Below are positions 56,170 through 64,000 of a stretch of 64,000 bases of DNA, one piece after another. The position numbers and the translations under genes were made by a program. Source of the DNA: Eledone cirrhosa (lineage: Eukaryota). The notes under the pieces are model-generated. The model made no database searches. It was not told where the DNA came from and saw only the letters and a program-made list of their open reading frames with translations. Every line of letters starts with the position of its first letter. Position 1 is the first letter of the stretch. The stretch covers positions 27,007-91,006 of the forward strand of contig CAXHJY010000144.1 of the NCBI GenBank assembly GCA_964016885.1. Direction: 5' to 3'.

Positions 56170-58255
56170 CATTTCTAGTTTGGCAAATCACCTTCAGGAG
56201 ATTTAGTTTCTCAATGTCTTTCTTCACAACTTCATTCCATATCTTCCTTAGTCTCCCTTTTCCACAGGTTCCATCTATCTCAAGTGCTCAGCACTTTTTC
56301 ATATGACTCTTGCTCTCCTTACGCATAATATGACCATACCAGTGCAATCATCTCCCGTATGTTAGATTCCAACCCACTACACCTCTTGTGTGTCCATTGT
56401 ATAGAGTCTTTACCTACTCCTTTTTTGCATATTGAGCACAGCTATTTCCCTGATGGTAGCAGATCCCTATCCTTTTTCCTAATTTAGTCATTGCTAGGTT
56501 TACTTCGAGGCCCTTTGATTCCAGATTTTGTTTCTATGTTTGAAACTTCTCTAGTTCTGCAGTTCCAGCTATAAGGGCTACATCACCAAAGACACTGTAT
56601 GCATTCTTAGCTCTCCAATTCTCTCGAAAGCGATATGAGAGTGCCTGGTGACCAAGCATACAGACCTGTTGAGGATGATGGAGAGATTGCACCTCATTGA
56701 TGCACATCTGGTGCTCTTCCTCCTGCAGAACTGCTTTGCCCTTCTTAAATTCTTGTTCACGCTGTACAGGGCACCTTGCCTCCCTCAAGCAGATTGCATT
56801 GTTGAACTCAATGCCACCATCCAATGCTGTACAGAACTCATTTGCAATGTCAGTTTCAACAGCACCAGCTGGTAACAGACACAACTCCCTGTGAGATTCA
56901 GTGGCCTCGGCTTCCAATTCTCATCTGATCTGGTATTGCTGGCCTACCTCTCCTCAATCTCTTCGAGTTGCACCCTCATCAGTAAGATGGCAGAACCTGA
57001 CGTGACCCAACACCTGAAGCAGGCTCTGGCTGACTGGACCAGTGAAGCTCTTTTTGTCCCCTAATATACAAATGTCCAACATAACTGGGATGACATCAAG
57101 TTCATGTTTACCTTCAGGTGGATCAGATCTAGCTTGAACCAACACCACCTTGCCTGCCTACTTCACAGCCAAAAAGCAGTGCATGGCTCAAATCAATGCT
57201 CTCATCTTGATGATGAGTGCACTCACATTGGAGTGGCCCAATGCCTCAACCTCCGCATGTATGAACCATATAAATGCTGTTGTGGAGCTGTCATCAATTA
57301 GTTCAGCCTGCACCCATTATCATGCCACTAGTGTGCAGGCCAGTTCCCCTGACATGTTGCTTTCAATGACATAATGAGAAGTTGCCTTGATGCAGCCGGC
57401 TTCCCATCACAACTGGAGCCAGTAGGCCTCGACCATGGTGGTGTACCAAGGGAATTACTCTCTTCCCTTTTGAAGGAGGTAAGTCCCTCATCTGGAACAC
57501 AACATGCTGTGACATATTCTCCATCTCCAACTTAGTCTCCATGGCCACAAACCCTGGTACTGCAGTTCACAATGCAAAGGACAGGAAAACAAACAAATAC
57601 CAAAGCTTGTCTGGCTGCTTCTTCTTTACACCGGTTGCTGTCAAGATCTCAAGCTTCATCAGACTCCAGACAGCTGATTGGCTCGATAGCAACCCATCTG
57701 AAGAAGGAACCCCATGAGGTGGGATGGCTGTTACAGTGGGTATCACTAGCCTTTGTCTGTGGAAATGCCTTTGCCCTTTTATCAGCAGGGTACAGCTGAA
57801 ACACCACTCTGACCTAAGTATATATTCTGTTTTCTTTTATCTAGTAGTCCTTGCTCTTCCCTCCTTTTTCTCTCATTTATGGCATTTATAGTCCTTTCCA
57901 ATACTGATTTCTTTTTCTGTGTGTTTAACCAATTTTAAAGTTAATAAAAAGTAGTAAAATAAAAATGTAGGAGTTTCCAAAGACAGCCAGTCATGAATTT
58001 CTTAGTTATGGCCTAGAGGACTTTAATAAACAAGCAGGATCTGAAAACTGAGCCTTGGTGGACTCCAACCTGCACTCTAAATGTGTTGCTGTACTACTCA
58101 TTGTGAATCCTATTCTTGCTGACCATACACATGTACATAACTTGTAAAGCCCTCACAAGCCAGTCATCTATCCCCAGCTTCTACCAAATAATAGAGTGTG
58201 TATTTCTGTCAAAGGCCTTTCTTTGGTCAACAAATACTAGGTATAGGGACATTAC
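56170..58255 (-). mobile_element. Old RTE RT remnant split by a CRE-like insertion
   Basis: 57966-58255: FVD..KAFDR, GVHQGS, TGCLWKLL; 56480-56590: DVALIA..LESKGL.VNLA; 56190-56345: WYGHIMR, GKGRLRKIW. Confidence 0.75.
56595..57965 (+). mobile_element. CRE-like RLE non-LTR retrotransposon, 5'-truncated and decayed
   Basis: ERLHLIDAH..FLLQNCFAL.K, CCCG..HPLSC Zn knuckle, LEPVGL..GITLFPF.GGKSLIWNTTC, WLLQWVSLAFVCGNA; A-rich tail. Confidence 0.8.
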
Positions 58256-58793
58256 CATCATCATTGATTGTTAATACTAACACAATACAATATATTTGAT
58301 ATGGAATAATATAGCGAATAATATTGATTTCAGTATTTCACTGATACTTAATTTTATCAACTCTTTGAAGAATGAAAAGCAGAATTGGCCATAGCATAAG
58401 GGGATATAATGAAATCCTGCAAAACAGTGTTCATTTCCCTCTCTATCATAGTTATTAGTGCCAAGAAGACAGGCTGTCAGATTATTTTAGAACTAAACTA
58501 TATATAAACTTTTTTATATTCTCCAGGCATAGTGATATTTGTTGTGTAGCTTCAGGTAGACCATTGTGTACTGAGTGGAATTTGGAAGATGGAAACTGTT
58601 TGGAGGCCTCTCTGAGAGAATACTTATTTTTCTTCAGTGGTAGATTTAATTCCTCACCTAGTTTAACACCATCACCTAGCCTTCAGATACCTCAAAGTCT
58701 ACTAATTCAATGCTGTATTGACCAAGTCTCCAGTTTAGGGATAACCTACTTTATTTCTCCCATCAGTCTCGAAGGTCTTGGAAGAATCATGGG

Positions 58794-58971
58794 CAGAGCC
58801 AGATTAGTTTAATGTGGGGCCTGTATCATATACTGTAAAGAGGACGTAACTATTTTTTAATGTGACATAAAGGCAGTATAGAAATATAGTATAAAGTACT
58901 TAACATGGGGCTCTTTAAAATGTGGGGCCTATAACAAATGCTATTCTTGCTACTAGGATAATCTTACCCTG
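58794..58971. mobile_element. Degenerate hAT-like MITE
   Basis: CAGAGCCAGATTA ... TAATCTTACCCTG imperfect TIRs; internal AATGTGGGGCCT duplicate. Confidence 0.45.
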
Positions 58972-59349
58972 ATCACGGGGATTGCTGTTCCTCCTCGGAC
59001 AAAAAAATTTAAATCCCTCACCCAGTTATCCCTATCTTCCAATCCAGGGAACTTTTCTGTGGGTACCAGCCTTGATGTTCTCCCTCATCCGAAACAGGTG
59101 AACCTCATGGGTGGATATGTTACAAATAGCAGTCAAATCTTCCTCACCTCAAACCCCTCCATCATATAAAGTGGCTCATTGGATAATGTGATCTTAGGAT
59201 GTCTGTACATAGGAAAAAGACAGGATGGTCATGGCTGGAATACTTTTGGTCATAGATCTATTCAATCAGGGTTGAGCTAGTGCTAAATAACAATAACGAT
59301 CACAGTGTTAATGAAAGAGCATCTATATAATCATTTGACACCACTTATA

Positions 59350-59665
59350 TTACAGCCACCAACACTACCACGACTGCCACCAACACCATCACAACCACCA
59401 TCACAGCCACCAACACAATCATCACCCTTTCAGGCACCACCACCACTACAACAACCATTACAGCCACCAACACCATCATCACCATCATATCCACCACAGC
59501 TACCACCACCATCATCACCATCACAACCACCAACACCCCCCCACAGCCCCCAACACCCACCAACACCACCACATCCACCAACACCATCATCACCACCACC
59601 ACAGGCTCCATCACCATCACCACTACTGGCACTACCATCATCACCACCTCAGCTACCGCCACCTA
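59350..59665. repeat. (CCA/CAC)n low-complexity tract
   Basis: Direct reading. Confidence 0.9.
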
Positions 59666-60544
59666 TAATCCACCACTGTTCGGGTGGAAATATATATGAT
59701 GACCCAACGTCGATTGCCAAATGTTTAAAAAAGTACGGGGTGGGATGGATTACTTCCCCCTTATTTTCCTGGTTGCTTTAATTTTACTCCTCTCCTATCA
59801 AGTGTTCCTTCAACTGTCGTGTACCTGTGTATGTGTGTGCGTGCGCGTATGTATGTATGTATGTATGTGTATGTGTGTATGTGTGTCTGTGTGTGTCTGT
59901 GCGCGCTCGCGTACGTACGTACGTGTGCGCGCACTCCTTTGCCAATGGAATATAGTTGCCTTCTCCTAGCTCCCTGGACATATAGTAGCAGATCCGAAGG
60001 GCGGATACCATAACTCTATCTTTTATTTCAGCCTCAAATTTACTCTTGTTCGTCTTCGAATTATTCTTCTTCTGTATAATATCTTTCTTAAATTTATCTG
60101 AACCACCCGCCGTCGTTTTAAAAAGATACCCCGAATACTAACACACGCACACACAGACACACACTGCTATCAATAACACAAATATCCCTACCATCATTAC
60201 CATCACCACCATCACCACCACCACCAATATCGTTGCTTTTGCCGCCGCCACCAAGCCACAAAAACTCCTTCCAAAAACGGCTGCAACAAGAACAACAATA
60301 ACCACGATCCCTATCACCGTCGCCAGCACCACTAACAACAGATATAAAGAAATGCAGAACATGGAAGAATCATTTTTATTGTTGATAGTAAAGAATTACT
60401 ATGGCATCTGACACGGATCGAGGTTGGATTTTATCTATCTATCTATTTATCTGTCTTATCAATCTGTCTGTCTATCTATCTTATCTTTCTATCTATCTGC
60501 CTATCTATGTCTGTCTGTACATACATTTTACATATACATACTTG

Positions 60545-60595
<51 letters not shown>

Positions 60596-60906
60596 GAGAG
60601 GAGAGAGGGGGGAGATACATACACACATACATGGATGTGTGGATGGATGGATGGAGGTAGCCACCACTAACATATATTTTAACCATTTGTAGACATAGGT
60701 ACCTGTATGTGTATGCATAAACGGGTGTCTCTCGATATCCCGATTTAGATGTCCCTGTCCATCTTACAGTTACACTCTGTGCGTGTGTGGGAATGGCTAT
60801 CAGTGTTTGAATGTGTATGTAGACATACACACATATCCGTGCATATTTCAATGTAGATGGATCCCTCATTTCCCCTTCTCTCTATTTATCACTCTCTTCT
60901 TTCTTT

Positions 60907-60943
<37 letters not shown>

Positions 60944-62164
60944 GCTCTCTATTTATTACTCTTTATCTCTTCTCTCTCACTTTTCCTTCCTTTTCCCCCA
61001 CGCTCTTCCTATCTCTCATTTTTCTCTCTCTTTCTTCTTCCCCACTCTCTCTTTTCTATTTCTCACTCACTCTCTTTCCCCTCTTCCTTAAAGAGATGTG
61101 ACAGAGAATGTCACATCTCTCACTTGATCCCGTTTCTCTTTCTCTTCCCATAAATACATATATCACTCTCACCAACGGACATACAGATAAATACACAGAC
61201 ACTTATTCACACATCCAAGCACACACACCCATCCATTAATCGACACATCCACACATCCATAGAATAAATACATACATGCACGCACACACCCAGATCTATA
61301 CATACACACTTCCATCCATACATACATGCGCACATACCATTACATAATATTACACACATCCATCTATCCATACATACATACATGCATGCATGTCCCTCGA
61401 CCTGCTCGATATAGCAGCCAAATTTAATCTCAAATCATTTAATACTATATTGGATGGTGTAGTATTAGATAGACAATACCTAAAAGAGTAAGACGTTTTA
61501 TTCAATTTGCTTACTATAAAAGACAAGTGAACGGTTGAACATGATATAATAATGAAAGAAGTGTAAGGTGTTGGTTGACCTAGGGTTAAACAACAAAAAC
61601 AATAACAAGTAAAGCTCACATTACGTCGGATAATGAAGTAAACAACAAAAACAAAAGTATGTATGTATGTGTGCGTAAGTATTATGTAGGAATGAATGAT
61701 TGAGTAAATGGTATATAATAATTATGTACATATGAGTACGCGATATATATATATGTGTGTATGCGTATATACACATATATATATATATGTGTGTGTGTGT
61801 GTGTAATACATGCATACATATATTTTACATGCAACATGAATGCATGTGCATTTATGGGGGGGAGTATAGGGTATATAACTTGTATGCATGTATTATTCCG
61901 TCCGTCATCCCACTGACAAATGGAGTGGGTGTATATATATATATTCGTGTATGCGTGCATGAGTGTGGCGCACCCATACATCAAGTACAGGTTGGATTCA
62001 TGATTACACAAGAACGTAATAACGCGAAGACGATGGTTATTATGAAATACGGGTAGGTTGAGATTGATATAAGCTAGTGTTGCAACAGATAAACTCACGG
62101 TAACCGAGCCACATACAAGCACATAATTGACCCATGTACAGATCATACTCATGTACAACAGCAA

Positions 62165-62172
62165 TATATATA

Positions 62173-62219
<47 letters not shown>

Positions 62220-62305
62220 TATATATATATACATACACACATATATATATATGTACATATATATATACATACACATATATATATATACACATATATACAT
62301 ACATA

Positions 62306-62379
<74 letters not shown>

Positions 62380-62535
62380 TATAAATATATTATATATATA
62401 TATATACATATATATTCATTCATACATATATATACATACATATATATATACATACATATAAATATACACATATATATATACACATATATATATATATACA
62501 CATATATATTCATTCATACATATATATATATATAC

Positions 62536-62578
<43 letters not shown>

Positions 62579-62591
62579 CATATATATATAT

Positions 62592-62622
<31 letters not shown>

Positions 62623-62639
62623 CATACATATATATATAT

Positions 62640-62680
<41 letters not shown>

Positions 62681-62946
62681 CATATATATATATATACATA
62701 CATACATATATATATATATACATACATATATATATATATATATACATACATATATATATATACACATATATATACATATATATATACACATATATATTCA
62801 TTCATACATATATATATACATATATATACATACATATATATATATATATACATATATATACATACATACATATATATATATATACATACATATATATATA
62901 TATATATATACATACATATATATATTTATATATATATACATACATA

Positions 62947-62978
<32 letters not shown>

Positions 62979-63000
62979 CATATATATATATACATACATA

Positions 63001-63054
<54 letters not shown>

Positions 63055-63059
63055 CATAC

Positions 63060-63092
<33 letters not shown>

Positions 63093-63190
63093 AATACATA
63101 CATATATATATATAAATACAGTACATATATATATATATATATATATACATACATATATCTATATCTCTCATCTCTCTCTATATATATATA
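62165..63190. repeat. ~1-kb (TA)n/(TACA)n microsatellite
   Basis: Direct reading. Confidence 0.97.
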
Positions 63191-63263
63191 TAAATGAAAA
63201 GTATAGAAATTATTGTAGCAAGAAGCTAACAGTATTCCATAATAATATATATATATACATACA

Positions 63264-63311
<48 letters not shown>

Positions 63312-63313
63312 CA

Positions 63314-63357
<44 letters not shown>

Positions 63358-63660
63358 GGAATACTGTTAGCTTCTTGCTACAATAATTTCTATACTTTTC
63401 ATTTATATATATATATATATGTACGTGTACATACTTATATATATATATATATATATACATATATTCACATATATATATATATGCATGAACCCAGCCACCT
63501 CGCTGCTTTCCACTGCATATTGCTTCAGCACATGCCTTTACGCTTTGGCTTCTAACTAATTCGCCAATCTCTCCTCTCCTATCTCCATCTCTCTCTTTAA
63601 GGTTGGTTACTCTTGAACTGTGTATATATATGTGAATATATGTATATATATATGTATGAA

Positions 63661-63726
<66 letters not shown>

Positions 63727-63771
63727 TATATATATATACATATATATTCATACATATATATACATATACAC

Positions 63772-63802
<31 letters not shown>

Positions 63803-63840
63803 CACACACACGCACACATATATATATATGTGTGTATGTG

Positions 63841-63879
<39 letters not shown>

Positions 63880-63882
<3 letters not shown>

Positions 63883-63976
63883 GGTGTCCCAAAAATGTAT
63901 ACACACTTATAATACTTGTACAGGCATTATTTATTAGAATGCTGTTTAAGTGTATACATTTCATTGGGACATCCTG
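63880..63976. mobile_element. Tc1/mariner-type MITE (97 bp)
   Basis: TA|CAGGGTGTCCCAAAAATGTATACAC ... GTGTATACATTTCATTGGGACATCCTG|TA. Confidence 0.85.
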
Positions 63977-64000
63977 TATATAGATAGATAGATACACTCA

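Noticed and set aside
59305-59781. Proline-rich extensin-like ORF
   Set aside because: (CCA)n low-complexity tract with a non-ATG start and no domain

Overview
AT-rich, repeat-saturated animal genomic DNA. The long (TA)n/(TATATG)n tracts, RTE LINEs with (TGA)n tails, tRNA-derived SINEs and a tandem C2H2 zinc-finger gene suggest an octopod cephalopod (inference). There is one credible host gene: a 441-aa protein with 7 C2H2 fingers (15819-17144, +). The rest is a nest of retroelements, mostly bounded by (TA)n: RTE LINEs carrying a PHD-like finger inside the RT, at least 6 coding Penelope-like elements (PLEs), a CRE-like LINE, a Gypsy fragment, a non-autonomous LTR element with a tRNA-Trp PBS, SINEs and MITEs. 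The most striking signal is about 20 hammerhead-ribozyme (HHR) motifs from about 13 repeat families, read by eye. They include a 310-bp tandem retrozyme-like unit, a 425-bp palindrome with back-to-back HHRs, and a recurrent compensated U3-A8 (UUGAAAA) core. Most ORFs in the supplied track are microsatellite or antisense artefacts. All RNA folds and boundaries were determined manually and are approximate.
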